NCBI GenBank assembly: GCA_963782055.1 | Contig: CAWAIF010000003.1 | Location: 5,440,001-5,504,000 of the forward strand | From: an uncultured delta proteobacterium | GTDB lineage: Bacteria; Myxococcota_A; Polyangia; Polyangiales; Polyangiaceae | DNA: 64,000 nucleotides | Reading direction: 5' to 3' | In this document: positions 1-9,103 of the stretch, one piece after another | Position numbering within the stretch: position 1 is the stretch's first letter | How the letters are laid out: every line of letters begins with the position of its first letter | Notes under the pieces: generated by a model | Told to the model about the DNA's origin: nothing | Seen by the model: the letters and a program-made list of their open reading frames with translations, nothing else | Database searches by the model: none | Made by a program: the position numbers and the translations under genes

Positions 1-403
1 CGCACCCGGCGCCGCCGACGTAGCGGCGCGCCTCGTCCTCGTCGCCGACCAGCTCGCTCGTCTTGTACGGGCGTCCCTTCACGTGGAGGGTGCTCGTCGC
101 GTCGATGGGGCCCATCGACTCCAGGCGCCCGTCGGCGGGGCTGACGAGGGCGTCGGGGGCGGCGTCGACGGGGCGCGCGCCCTCGCGCAGCGGTCGCGTG
201 AAGAACTCGTCGAAGCTCTCCCACCCGCGCTGCTTCACGCAGTCGCCCGTGTCGACGTCGTAGACGCGCGAGTACAGCCCGACGACGGCGCGCTCCACCG
301 GCCCCGACCAGCGGTGCTCCGCGAGGCGGCCCATGGCACGACTCACCTCGCGACGTGGCACCACACGCAGGATCTGGGCGGCCGCATACGTGAGCACGCT
401 CAT
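1..403 (-). CDS. psd: Phosphatidylserine decarboxylase (5' part; runs off the window edge)
   Basis: Not in the ORF track; translated by hand from ATG at 403 (RBS GAGGAGG): MSVLTYAAAQILRVVPRREVSRAMGRLA...WESFDEFFTRPLREGARPVD...LVSPADGRL...LHVKGRPY. The FFTR.L..GARP and SPADG motifs are typical of Psd. Confidence 0.9.
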   Translation of the reverse strand, partial: MSVLTYAAAQILRVVPRREVSRAMGRLAEHRWSGPVERAVVGLYSRVYDVDTGDCVKQRGWESFDEFFTRPLREGARPVDAAPDALVSPADGRLESMGPIDATSTLHVKGRPYKTSELVGDEDEARRYVGGAGC

Positions 404-604
404 GAACCTCCTCGCGGGAGACGACGGACGGGGGCGGACAACGCCGCGCTGGCGGCCATGCGAATTGCTTGAACTTTCCGAGGGTCGACCGTTCGGCGCC
501 GAGCGGGGCGCAAAAAGCCCTCACTCGAATGCTAACTTTCCGTCCTCGGGCCGGTCAACGCTGTTACCACCGGCTTTCCAGCGTCATTTCAAGTTTCTAC
601 GGGC

Positions 605-2131
605 TCAGTCCTTGCCCAGATCCGGCTCGCCGGAGGCCCGGGCGGCGTCGCAGAGCGGCCCCAGAGGCCCGGGAGGCCTGGAAGAAGCGTCCAGCGTCTG
701 GCAGGCGGCCTCGGCGTCGAGCGGGTCCTGGGCGACGGCCTCCTCGAAGGAGGGATCGGCCAGATTGTCGTGGCTGCCCCGCGCCAGGCGCCCGCGGATG
801 GCCCACCAGGGCCCGTAGGCGGCCGCCACCTCCTTCGGGTCGGCGAGCAGCGGCCAGGCATCCCCCGCCTGGCCCTCCTTCTCCAGCGCGCGGGCCTGGA
901 GGTAGTGCACGCTCGGGTCCTCGGCGAAGGCGCCCTTGAGACCGGCGACCTCTTCCAGCGCCTCGGCCGGGTGGTCCCGGCCGAAGAGCAGCTCACCCAG
1001 GCGGACCTTCTCGCGGGAAGCGCGGGCGTCGGGCTGCTCGGCCAGGTCGAGCATGGCCGGAGTGGGTGCCGGCGGGCGGCTCGTCAGCTCGGCCCGCCAG
1101 CGCGTGTCCCAGGCCGCCAGGTCCAGGCCGCTCGCGGCGAGCATGGCGGCGTCCGGCTTCTTTCCCTCCCGCAGGGAGGCGAGGAGCTTGCGCACCGCCT
1201 CGTCCCCGGCGGTCTGCGCGTAGTAGCGCACGAAGCTGGTGACCTCGGCGAAGGCGACCATCGCGGCGTCGGCGCTGGGGAGCATGGCGATGGAGGGCCC
1301 GAGCTGATCGAGGCGGAGGTCGAGCTTCTTGCCGATGCCCCAGAGCACGATGGAGTCCGGCGGGGGGCGGTCGTCGAAGGGCCCGGGATCGCGCCAGCGC
1401 ACCTCCTCTCGCTTGGCGAGGCCCTCCTGCAGCCAGAGCGGCGCGCGATCCACCGTGGCGCGCGTGACGGCGAGGTGCGTGAGCTCGTGGGCGACGGTGT
1501 CGCGCCAGGAGTAGCCATGGCGGCTGGCGCGCGGGGAGAGCAAGGTCACCCGCCCCCACTTGGCGACGGCCACAGTGCCGGTGGTGGAGGCCGACTCGTA
1601 CGGGAGGCCCGTCATCGCGGCGAGGGCCACCAGATCCCGCACGACCACGATGCGCGTCGGCTTCGGCCAGGTGACACCCAGATCGCGCGTGAGGGCGTCG
1701 CGCGCCTTGACGACGGTGTCGACCAGGAGCGGCGTGAGCGCGCGATCGGCCTCGTCCTGGTAGCGGATCCAGACGTTCGCCGCCTTGTCCTCCACGATGA
1801 CGGTGTCCGCGGTCACGCGCGCGCAGCCGCGGGCGATGTCGGCGAGCTGCGAGCCCTCCTCCGATGCGGCGGAGGTGGGGTCGGAGAGCAGGGTCACGGC
1901 GCTGTCGCAGTCGCCCTCGTAGAGGGCGAGGCGGCCGCGCTCGCGCGTGACGTCCGGGTCGTCGGCGTCGGCGTCCTGCAGCACGCGGCGCGCCTCGTCG
2001 TAGTCCAGGCCGAGGATGAAGTCGTGGGCCTGGGCCGCCTTCGCCCTGTCGATGGGCCCGGCGTGCACGCGCGTCCCGAAGGCGGTGACGGCGAGCAGAG
2101 CCACTCCGACGAGTCCGAGCGCGCGCTTCAT
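605..2131 (-). CDS. Secreted TPR-like/peptidase MA-like (gluzincin) metalloprotease
   Basis: Start reassigned to MKRALGLVGVALLAV (signal peptide; ATGA overlap with upstream stop). HELTH (HExxH) is followed by APLWLQEGLA; helical TPR-like segments flank it. Confidence 0.75.
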   Translation of the reverse strand: MKRALGLVGVALLAVTAFGTRVHAGPIDRAKAAQAHDFILGLDYDEARRVLQDADADDPDVTRERGRLALYEGDCDSAVTLLSDPTSAASEEGSQLADIARGCARVTADTVIVEDKAANVWIRYQDEADRALTPLLVDTVVKARDALTRDLGVTWPKPTRIVVVRDLVALAAMTGLPYESASTTGTVAVAKWGRVTLLSPRASRHGYSWRDTVAHELTHLAVTRATVDRAPLWLQEGLAKREEVRWRDPGPFDDRPPPDSIVLWGIGKKLDLRLDQLGPSIAMLPSADAAMVAFAEVTSFVRYYAQTAGDEAVRKLLASLREGKKPDAAMLAASGLDLAAWDTRWRAELTSRPPAPTPAMLDLAEQPDARASREKVRLGELLFGRDHPAEALEEVAGLKGAFAEDPSVHYLQARALEKEGQAGDAWPLLADPKEVAAAYGPWWAIRGRLARGSHDNLADPSFEEAVAQDPLDAEAACQTLDASSRPPGPLGPLCDAARASGEPDLGKD

Positions 2132-5076
2132 CGCAACAGGCCCTCCGCGTAGCGCTTGATGGCGTCCTTCTGCTTGGCCGACGAGGCGCGGCCCAGCCCG
2201 TCGATCACGCGGCGGCGGAAGTCCTCCGGGCCCTTGTGCTGATCGGGGTTGGGGATGTCGGCGTGACCGCCGGCGGTGTCGTGTCCGTCGTCGGCGTCGT
2301 CCTGGCCGCTCTGCTGGCCCTCGTCCTGCCCGAGCGCCTGCTTGGCCAGCTCCAGCTTGTGCTGCGCGTCGCGCTGCCGGGCGAGACCCTCGTCCGCGTC
2401 GCCGCGCTGCAGCGCCTGCGCCGCCTCGCGCTGCGCCTCCTCCGCGCTCTCCAGCGCGTCCACGGCCGGCTCCGGGAGCGAGCCCTTGTCGCGCGCCTTG
2501 TCCGCGAGCTTGTGCGTGCGCTCGGCGAGCTCCGCCTCGCCCTGGCCGTCCTTCTGCAGATCGCCGGCGGCGCGCTCCGACGCGCGCTTGCGCATCTGCG
2601 CGAGCTGCTGCTCCGCCCACGCCACCTCTGGCTCCAGCTTGCGCTTGGCGTCGTCCAGGCGCTTCTGCGAGCCGTCGTCCGTCTCGTCGAAGGACTCCCA
2701 GCGCTGGCGCGCGGCGATGCGCTTCGCCTCGTCGAGGGCCTGCAGGGCGTCCCGCCCGCTCTGCACCGCGTTGGCGGCGTTGCCCTGCTCGAGCGATCGC
2801 GCCATCTGCTCGGCGTGCTCGCGCGCCGCGGCGCCCTTGCTCGTCCACGAGTCGCTGCCCGCGCCGACCGTCGGCATGCCGGCGGTGGCCTCGCGCACCG
2901 CCTTCGCGTGGGACTTCGCCTCGTCGCGGAAGTGCTGCACGTCCTCGGCGCTGGACGCCTGGCTGAGCGCCTGCTCCACCTTGCCCATCTGGCCGGCGTG
3001 GTCCTGCGTGAGCTGCTCCAGGTCCTGCGCGGCCTCGTTGAAGGCGCGCTCGGCCTCGCTGCTCTCGCCATCGTCGCCCTGCATCGGCGTGCCGCGGCCG
3101 CCGCCGGACTCCCCGCCCGCCCTGCCGCGCCCGCCCTTGGCGCCGAAGGAGGCCTCAGGCTTGTGCAGGCGCGCGGCGAGGTCGCGCGAGGCCAGCTCCG
3201 CGTGGGGGAAGTCGGCGGCGGCGCGGCCGCGCTGCACGCGCAGCAGGGCGGCGGTGATGGCGCCGCCGAGGTCGCGGCCGAGGGAGCCGAGCTGGTGGAG
3301 TTGTTTGGAGCCCCCCTGCAGCACCAGGACCGCCGCATCGACGCGCTGCATGCCGCGCGCTGTCTCGTCGCCGCCGCGCTGGATCTGCGAGAAGCCGAGG
3401 GCGAGATCGTCGGCCACGTCGGCGAGCTGGCGGCCGGCCTCGCGCGCGTCGCGCAGGGCGGTGCCGCGCAGGATGCCGTCGATCACCAGCACCATCGTCT
3501 CGGTCGCCTTGCGCAGGGCGGCGTGCGAGGCGCCGCTCGGCGCGCGCAGCTCCGCCTCCAGCCGGCCCTCCAGCTTGTGCTCCTGGCCGCGCAGCAGGGC
3601 GGCGAGGCGCGCCGGCACGTGGATGCCGCCGTAGGCATCGGCGAGGGTGTGGTCGAGCTGCTCGGAGGCGTCGTCCCCGCCGCGCTTCTCCTCGTCCAGG
3701 AACTTCTTGCGGTCGGCGGCGGCGGGCGGGACGCCGTGGGCGATGCGCCAGGCGAGCACGTCCACGTAGGTGTCGCGCAGCGCGCGCAGCGCGGCCATGC
3801 GCAGCGCCTGCGACTCGCCGACGTCGGGCGGGATGAGGGTGATGGCGGGGCTCGCGCCCCACTTGGGGCCGGTGATGGGGTCGTTGTCCTTGGCCTCCAC
3901 GCGCACCTCGATGGGGGCGTGGCTGCGGCGCAGAAAGCTGTCGGTCGCGCGGAGCATGGATCCGCCGCGGTCGACGCGCGTCTCGCCGTCCAGGCGGGCG
4001 AGCACGCGCCGCACCTCGCGCGTGCCGCAGCGCAGGACCAGGTGCACCTCCCGCAGGCCGTGATCGTCGTGCGCCTCGTACTTGATGGGGATGTCGGCGC
4101 CCGCGTTCTCCGCCAGGACGATGCGCTTCGGCGCGCCCTCCAGGGTGACCACCGGCGCCTCGTCGGGGATGGAGTTGACGAGGGTGTGGTCGGCGTCCTC
4201 GATCACGACGTCGCCGAAGCGCGCCACCACGCGCAGCTCGGCCGAGCCCTGCAGCGGCCAGCGGGCGACGACGCGGCCGGCGCCGTCATCGACGAAGGGC
4301 ACCTCGCTCTTGCCATCGGACAGGGCGATGCGGCGCCCGGCGTGCGCCGGCGTGCCACGAAAGGTGATGAGCGTGCCACGGTGCAGCCGCAGCGGGTGGT
4401 AGGGCAGGTAGCTCGTCGGCTCCAGGTGGAGGTAGTCCGGCGGGCGCGCGGACAGGTCCATCCCGTCCACCCAGCGCATGCCGACGGGCGCCACGCCGTG
4501 GCGGGCGAAGAGCACGTCGGCGCCCTCGATCACGCCCCACGCGTGGCTGCCGCCGACGAGCAGCGTAAGCACGACGAGCACCAGCGTCGCGATGTTGGTG
4601 TTGCGCGCGAGGTGGTCGGCGCCGGCGGCGATGCGGTCCTGCGGCAGGGCGCCGAGCTGCCGCGCGACGTGCAGCCGCGCGAGGACGACCGAGGCGCCGT
4701 CGTCGACGGCGTTGCCCTCGTCGTCGAGCAGGTCCAGGGCGCGCAGGGCGCGGGCCGCTCCCTCCGGCTCGACGCGGCCGAGCAGGCGCTGGATGATGGC
4801 GCGCGGGTCCGCCCAGATGCGACGCTCCCGCCAGGTGAGGGCGGCGAGCGCGAGGACCGCCCCGCCGAGGACCGCCCCTCCGCCCACGCGCGCGCGGAGG
4901 GTGCCCTGCCGGGCGAGGAGCATCGCCACGACGAAGAGGAAGGCGAAGCCAGCCAGCACGACGCGGCGGCGCGGGCCGCGCATCGTCTCGCGCCACACCA
5001 GGACGAGGTGGTCGAGCGCCTCGCCGATGAAGCGCTTGGTGCTCGGCTTCTTCCTCTTGCGCGGGCGCCTCACCAC
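2128..5076 (-). CDS. DUF4175-like membrane-anchored coiled-coil protein
   Basis: 982 aa ORF with N-terminal TM helices, an Ig-like middle (PDEAPVVTL, YEAHDDHGL, VEAKDND) and a long Q/E/A-rich helical C-terminus ending RYAEGLLR. Confidence 0.65.
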   Translation of the reverse strand: MVRRPRKRKKPSTKRFIGEALDHLVLVWRETMRGPRRRVVLAGFAFLFVVAMLLARQGTLRARVGGGAVLGGAVLALAALTWRERRIWADPRAIIQRLLGRVEPEGAARALRALDLLDDEGNAVDDGASVVLARLHVARQLGALPQDRIAAGADHLARNTNIATLVLVVLTLLVGGSHAWGVIEGADVLFARHGVAPVGMRWVDGMDLSARPPDYLHLEPTSYLPYHPLRLHRGTLITFRGTPAHAGRRIALSDGKSEVPFVDDGAGRVVARWPLQGSAELRVVARFGDVVIEDADHTLVNSIPDEAPVVTLEGAPKRIVLAENAGADIPIKYEAHDDHGLREVHLVLRCGTREVRRVLARLDGETRVDRGGSMLRATDSFLRRSHAPIEVRVEAKDNDPITGPKWGASPAITLIPPDVGESQALRMAALRALRDTYVDVLAWRIAHGVPPAAADRKKFLDEEKRGGDDASEQLDHTLADAYGGIHVPARLAALLRGQEHKLEGRLEAELRAPSGASHAALRKATETMVLVIDGILRGTALRDAREAGRQLADVADDLALGFSQIQRGGDETARGMQRVDAAVLVLQGGSKQLHQLGSLGRDLGGAITAALLRVQRGRAAADFPHAELASRDLAARLHKPEASFGAKGGRGRAGGESGGGRGTPMQGDDGESSEAERAFNEAAQDLEQLTQDHAGQMGKVEQALSQASSAEDVQHFRDEAKSHAKAVREATAGMPTVGAGSDSWTSKGAAAREHAEQMARSLEQGNAANAVQSGRDALQALDEAKRIAARQRWESFDETDDGSQKRLDDAKRKLEPEVAWAEQQLAQMRKRASERAAGDLQKDGQGEAELAERTHKLADKARDKGSLPEPAVDALESAEEAQREAAQALQRGDADEGLARQRDAQHKLELAKQALGQDEGQQSGQDDADDGHDTAGGHADIPNPDQHKGPEDFRRRVIDGLGRASSAKQKDAIKRYAEGLLR

Positions 5077-5127
5077 GCAGGGACGTTAGCACGTGCGCGC
5101 GACGCTGCCGTCGAGGCGGCGCCGGCG

Positions 5128-6714
5128 TCAGTGCTGAGGCGGAGGCTGGCCGAAGCCCGGGATCTGCGGGATCTGGAAGCTGGGGATGGGGAAGGCGCCG
5201 CCGTCTGCCCCGGGGAGCGACGGGATCTGGAAGCCGCTCGGGAAGGGCGGGAAGGGGGCGGTCGTCGTCCCGGCGTCGGGCCTGGCGGCGCCGGCGTCCT
5301 TCGCCGCTGTGGGGCCCACCGGATGGGGCGCGACGTACGTCTGACCCGCGCCGGTGTGGGAGAGCGGGGCGAGGGGGTCGATCGCGCCGCCGGCCGTCGT
5401 CGAGGCCTGCGCCGTGGCAGCCACGGTGCCGGACGCGGTGGGCTGCGTGGCGGTGGCGGGCGGCGTGTCGGTGGTGCCGCCGCCGGAGTCGCCCTGCGAG
5501 CTGACCACCGCGACGGTGATGCCCGCGCCCACGAGCAGAGGGATCACGACCACCGCGATCCAGATGCCGTTGCCGCGGCGGCGCCTTCCCGCGCGCGGCG
5601 GGGGCGCCTCCGGGTAGGACGGCGCGTACGGCGCGGGGCCGGGCATCATCCCGGGCATCGGCGGGCTGAAGGCGCTCGGGTCGATGGGCGGTCCGCCGCG
5701 CTGCGTGGTGGGCGCGGCGGGGATGGCGTCCAGCGCGGCGGCGCCGGGCACGACGGGCGACGCCGGCGGCGCGCTCATCGCGGCGGAGATCTCCGGGGAC
5801 GGCGGCCCGGCCTTCGCCGTCGCGGCGAAGCTCATGGGCGCGGGGATGGGCACCGGCTGGCCCTGCGCCACCGCCTCCAGCCCGAGGCGCATCTCGGTCG
5901 CGGTGGGGAATCGCATCTCCGGCCGCGGAGCCATCGCGCGGTGCACCAGCCCGGCCAGCGGGGGCGGCACCTCCGGCGCGGCGCTCACCAGCGGCGTCAC
6001 CTCCCCGCGCTCCACCTTGGCGGCGATGGCGCGCGGGTCGTCGCCGAGCACGGGTCGCGTGCCGCAGAGCATCTCGTAGAGCATCACCCCGACGGCGTAG
6101 ATGTCGGAGCGCGCGTCGGCCTGCGCGGCGGAGAAGGCCTGCTCCGGCGCCATGTACTCGGCGGTCCCCATGGTGATGCCGGCGAGCGTGAGGCTGGCCG
6201 CGCCCTCCCGCTTGACCTTGGCGATGCCGAAGTCGATGAGCTTGAGCACCGGCTTGCCCGCCGCGAAGGTGACGAAGACGTTCTCCGGCTTGAGGTCGCG
6301 GTGCACCACGCCCAGCGCGTGCGCCGCCTCCAGCGCCTCGAGGATCTGGCGGCCGTAGTCCACGGCCGTCGCGACCGGCAGCTTCTTCTCCCGGTCGAGC
6401 AGGGCCAGGAGCGTCTCGCCCTCCAGCAGCTCCATCACCATGTAGGCGTCGCCTTCGGGCGCCTGGTCCACGTCGATCACCTGGCAGACGTGCGGGCTCT
6501 TGATCTGCGCGGAAACGCGCGCCTCCTGCAGGAAGCGCTCGACGATCCCCGGGCGCCGCGCGAGGTCGGCGTGCATCACCTTGATGGCGAAGCGGGTGCC
6601 GAGGCGCTCGTGCACGGCCTCGTAGACGGCGCCCATCCCCCCGTCCCCGAGCGGGCGGAGCAGCCGGTACTTCCCTGCGAGGATGTGGCCGATGGTGACG
6701 GGCAAGAGGCTCAC
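5128..6714 (-). CDS. Hanks-type Ser/Thr protein kinase with TM helix and Pro-rich tail
   Basis: LGDGGMGAVY, FAIKVM, VHRDLKPENV, IDFGIAK, GTAEYMAPEQ, DIYAVG motifs; TM segment IWIAVVVIPLLVGAGITVAVV. Confidence 0.95.
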   Translation of the reverse strand: MSLLPVTIGHILAGKYRLLRPLGDGGMGAVYEAVHERLGTRFAIKVMHADLARRPGIVERFLQEARVSAQIKSPHVCQVIDVDQAPEGDAYMVMELLEGETLLALLDREKKLPVATAVDYGRQILEALEAAHALGVVHRDLKPENVFVTFAAGKPVLKLIDFGIAKVKREGAASLTLAGITMGTAEYMAPEQAFSAAQADARSDIYAVGVMLYEMLCGTRPVLGDDPRAIAAKVERGEVTPLVSAAPEVPPPLAGLVHRAMAPRPEMRFPTATEMRLGLEAVAQGQPVPIPAPMSFAATAKAGPPSPEISAAMSAPPASPVVPGAAALDAIPAAPTTQRGGPPIDPSAFSPPMPGMMPGPAPYAPSYPEAPPPRAGRRRRGNGIWIAVVVIPLLVGAGITVAVVSSQGDSGGGTTDTPPATATQPTASGTVAATAQASTTAGGAIDPLAPLSHTGAGQTYVAPHPVGPTAAKDAGAARPDAGTTTAPFPPFPSGFQIPSLPGADGGAFPIPSFQIPQIPGFGQPPPQH

Positions 6715-6818
6715 TGGCTCTTACCATCCATGCGATCCCGAGGCACCATGATGCAGAGCGTCGGCCGAAATGAGGCCTTGCCATCGCCCCGCTGTCCTGG
6801 AAAGAAGGAGGCTCGACC

Positions 6819-7820
6819 ATGGATCACCGCGCGACCATCCTGGGTGTCGGCCACCACGTCCCGAGCAAGGTCGTCACCAACGACGACCTCGCCAAGCTCA
6901 TGAGCACGTCCGACGAGTGGATCGTGCAGCGCACCGGCATCAAGGAGCGCCGCTACATCGAGCACTCCGGCATCGGTCCGAGCGACCTCGCGGTGCCCGC
7001 GACGAAGATGGCGCTGGAGCACGCGGGCCTGGAGGTCGGCCAGATCGACGCCATCGTCTTCGCGACGCTCTCGCCCGACCACAACTTCCCCGGCGCCGGC
7101 TGCTTCCTCGGGGAGAAGCTGGGCCTGCCCGGCGTGCCGGCGCTGGACGTGCGCAACCAGTGCTCCGGCTTCCTCTACGGGCTCTCCGTCGCCGACGCGT
7201 GGGTGCGCGCGGGCGTCTACAACCACGTGCTGCTCGTCGGCTCGGAGGTGCACTCCACCGGCGTGGAGTTCACCGACCGCGGGCGCGACGTGGCGGTGCT
7301 CTTCGGCGACGGCGCCGGCGCGGCGATCATCGGTCGCGCGCAGCACGAGGAGCAGGGCATCAAGGCGCTGCGCCTCCACGCCGACGGCTCCGGCGCCAAG
7401 GATCTCTGGGTGGAGGCGCCCGCGTCCAACCACATCCCGCGCCTCACGCACGAGATGCTGGACGAGGGCAAGCACTTCCCGGCGATGAACGGCAAGCAGG
7501 TCTTCCGCTGGGCCACCGAGAAGATGCCGGAGGTCACGCGCGAGGTCCTGGCGGAGGCCGGCATGACGGTGGCCGACATCGACCTCTTCGTGCCGCACCA
7601 GGCGAACATGCGCATCAACCAGCTGGTGGGTCAGAAGCTCGGCATCCCCGAGGAGAAGACGGTCCACAACATCCAGAAGTACGGCAACACCACCGCCGCG
7701 ACGCTCCCGCTCGGCCTCTCCGAGGCGTGGCGCGAGGGCCGGTGCAAGCGCGGGTCGAACGTGCTGATGGCGGCCTTCGGCAGCGGCTACACCTGGGCCG
7801 GCGCGGTCATCACGCTCTGA
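6819..7820 (+). CDS. fabH: 3-oxoacyl-ACP synthase III family protein (paralog 1)
   Basis: TSDEWIVQRTGI, NQCSGF (catalytic Cys), LFGDGAGA, PHQANMRI, YGNTTAA; Cys-His-Asn triad; RBS GGAGG. Confidence 0.92.
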   Translation: MDHRATILGVGHHVPSKVVTNDDLAKLMSTSDEWIVQRTGIKERRYIEHSGIGPSDLAVPATKMALEHAGLEVGQIDAIVFATLSPDHNFPGAGCFLGEKLGLPGVPALDVRNQCSGFLYGLSVADAWVRAGVYNHVLLVGSEVHSTGVEFTDRGRDVAVLFGDGAGAAIIGRAQHEEQGIKALRLHADGSGAKDLWVEAPASNHIPRLTHEMLDEGKHFPAMNGKQVFRWATEKMPEVTREVLAEAGMTVADIDLFVPHQANMRINQLVGQKLGIPEEKTVHNIQKYGNTTAATLPLGLSEAWREGRCKRGSNVLMAAFGSGYTWAGAVITL

Positions 7821-7889
7821 CTCCGCTTCTTTCCCCGCTGCCGCGGAGCGCCGCGCGCGGCGGGTGGGTCAGGGCGATGCCGGGGGAGG

Positions 7890-8978
7890 TCAGGCCGCCT
7901 CGCGGATGCGCAGGATCTCGTTGACCGCCTCGGCGTCGTCGATGGCGCTGAAGACGGGGAGCAGCGTGTCGCGGTCGCCCTGCTCGCCGAAGGCGCCGCT
8001 GGGCGCGAGGGCGCGGGCCTGCGGGCCGTCCAGCACGAGGAACACGTCCTCGTGGCTGCGGTTGCGCGCCGAGATGACGTACGCGATGCGCGAGCAATCC
8101 AGGTGCAGCTCCTCCCGGCCGCGGCGGATGAGCACGCGCCTGTCGGTCACGAAGTAGCGTGTCTGCCTCTTGAGACGGAGCGGGCGCACCAGCGCCCAGT
8201 AGCCCACGCCGGCCGCCGCCGCCGTCACCAACAGCGTGGCGAGGGCGACGCCCGCGACCAGCACGGCCGAGAGCGACGCGGAGAGCGCGTGCGCGCCGAC
8301 CACGCGCACCAGCGCGGGCACGGCCCGGGCGATCATGTGGAGCGCGGCGCCGAAGAGGAAGAGGGACACCACGGCGGTGAGCACGCGCCGCAGCGTCCAC
8401 GGGGAGCTCATGGGGATGGCGCTCCAGAGCACGCGCTCGCCCTCATCCAGGCGCTGGGCGAGCGGGCGATCGCCGTCGCCCTGCGGGGCGGAGGGGGCGA
8501 CGCCGCGCACGAGGGCCCAGAGCATGTCTGGCGCGCGCACGGCGCCGAGGCTCAGGCTCAGCGTGCGCCGGAGCGCGCCTGTCGGGACCGCGCGCACGAG
8601 CACCAGATCGCCCACGCCGGGCGCGCGCTCGTCCCAGCGGATGCGCGCGTAGCTGATGGTGCCACGATCGATGCTGCGGCGGAGCCGGCCGCGCCGCCAG
8701 ATGACGTGCCGCTCGGTCACCAGGTACTCGAGACGCGACTGCCACACGAGCGGCAGCCGCCACGCGCCCACGGCGAGCGTCGCGCACCAGGCGGCGAAGA
8801 CCAGCATGCCGCCGGCGTCCGCGCCGAGGGCGCGCGCGAGGACGAGCGCGAAGAGCAGGGAGACGACGGCCATGCCCGCGGCGGCGAAGGCGATGGCCCG
8901 GTACACCGGCGGCGTGCGGAGCGCCTCCGGACGACCAGACCAGAGGACCTTCTCTCCGTAGAGCGAATCGCGCGCCAT
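7890..8978 (-). CDS. Membrane protein with two bacterial PH-like (bPH) modules
   Basis: Internally duplicated unit: GE(K/R)VLWS, two TM helices, then Y(L/F)VT(E/D)R(H/R)V(I/L).RRGR. Start reassigned to ATG 8978. Confidence 0.65.
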   Translation of the reverse strand: MARDSLYGEKVLWSGRPEALRTPPVYRAIAFAAAGMAVVSLLFALVLARALGADAGGMLVFAAWCATLAVGAWRLPLVWQSRLEYLVTERHVIWRRGRLRRSIDRGTISYARIRWDERAPGVGDLVLVRAVPTGALRRTLSLSLGAVRAPDMLWALVRGVAPSAPQGDGDRPLAQRLDEGERVLWSAIPMSSPWTLRRVLTAVVSLFLFGAALHMIARAVPALVRVVGAHALSASLSAVLVAGVALATLLVTAAAAGVGYWALVRPLRLKRQTRYFVTDRRVLIRRGREELHLDCSRIAYVISARNRSHEDVFLVLDGPQARALAPSGAFGEQGDRDTLLPVFSAIDDAEAVNEILRIREAA

Positions 8979-9103
8979 GTGCCGGAAAACCCTTACCTTC
9001 AAGGTGCGGCCGAGGTGCCCGCGTGTCCAGCCCTCTCGCGGCATCCGTATCCGACATGGACGCCCCAGGTGCGCGTGCCCTTGGGTGAGCGGCTACCCCT
9101 GGC

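Noticed and set aside
2236..6903. Very long alternative ORFs (e.g. 2236-6903 +, 9197-12400 +, 16179-20687 +, 17620-20697 -)
   Set aside because: They are antisense or off-frame shadows of well-supported genes; stop codons are rare in high-GC DNA and these translations have no recognisable motifs.
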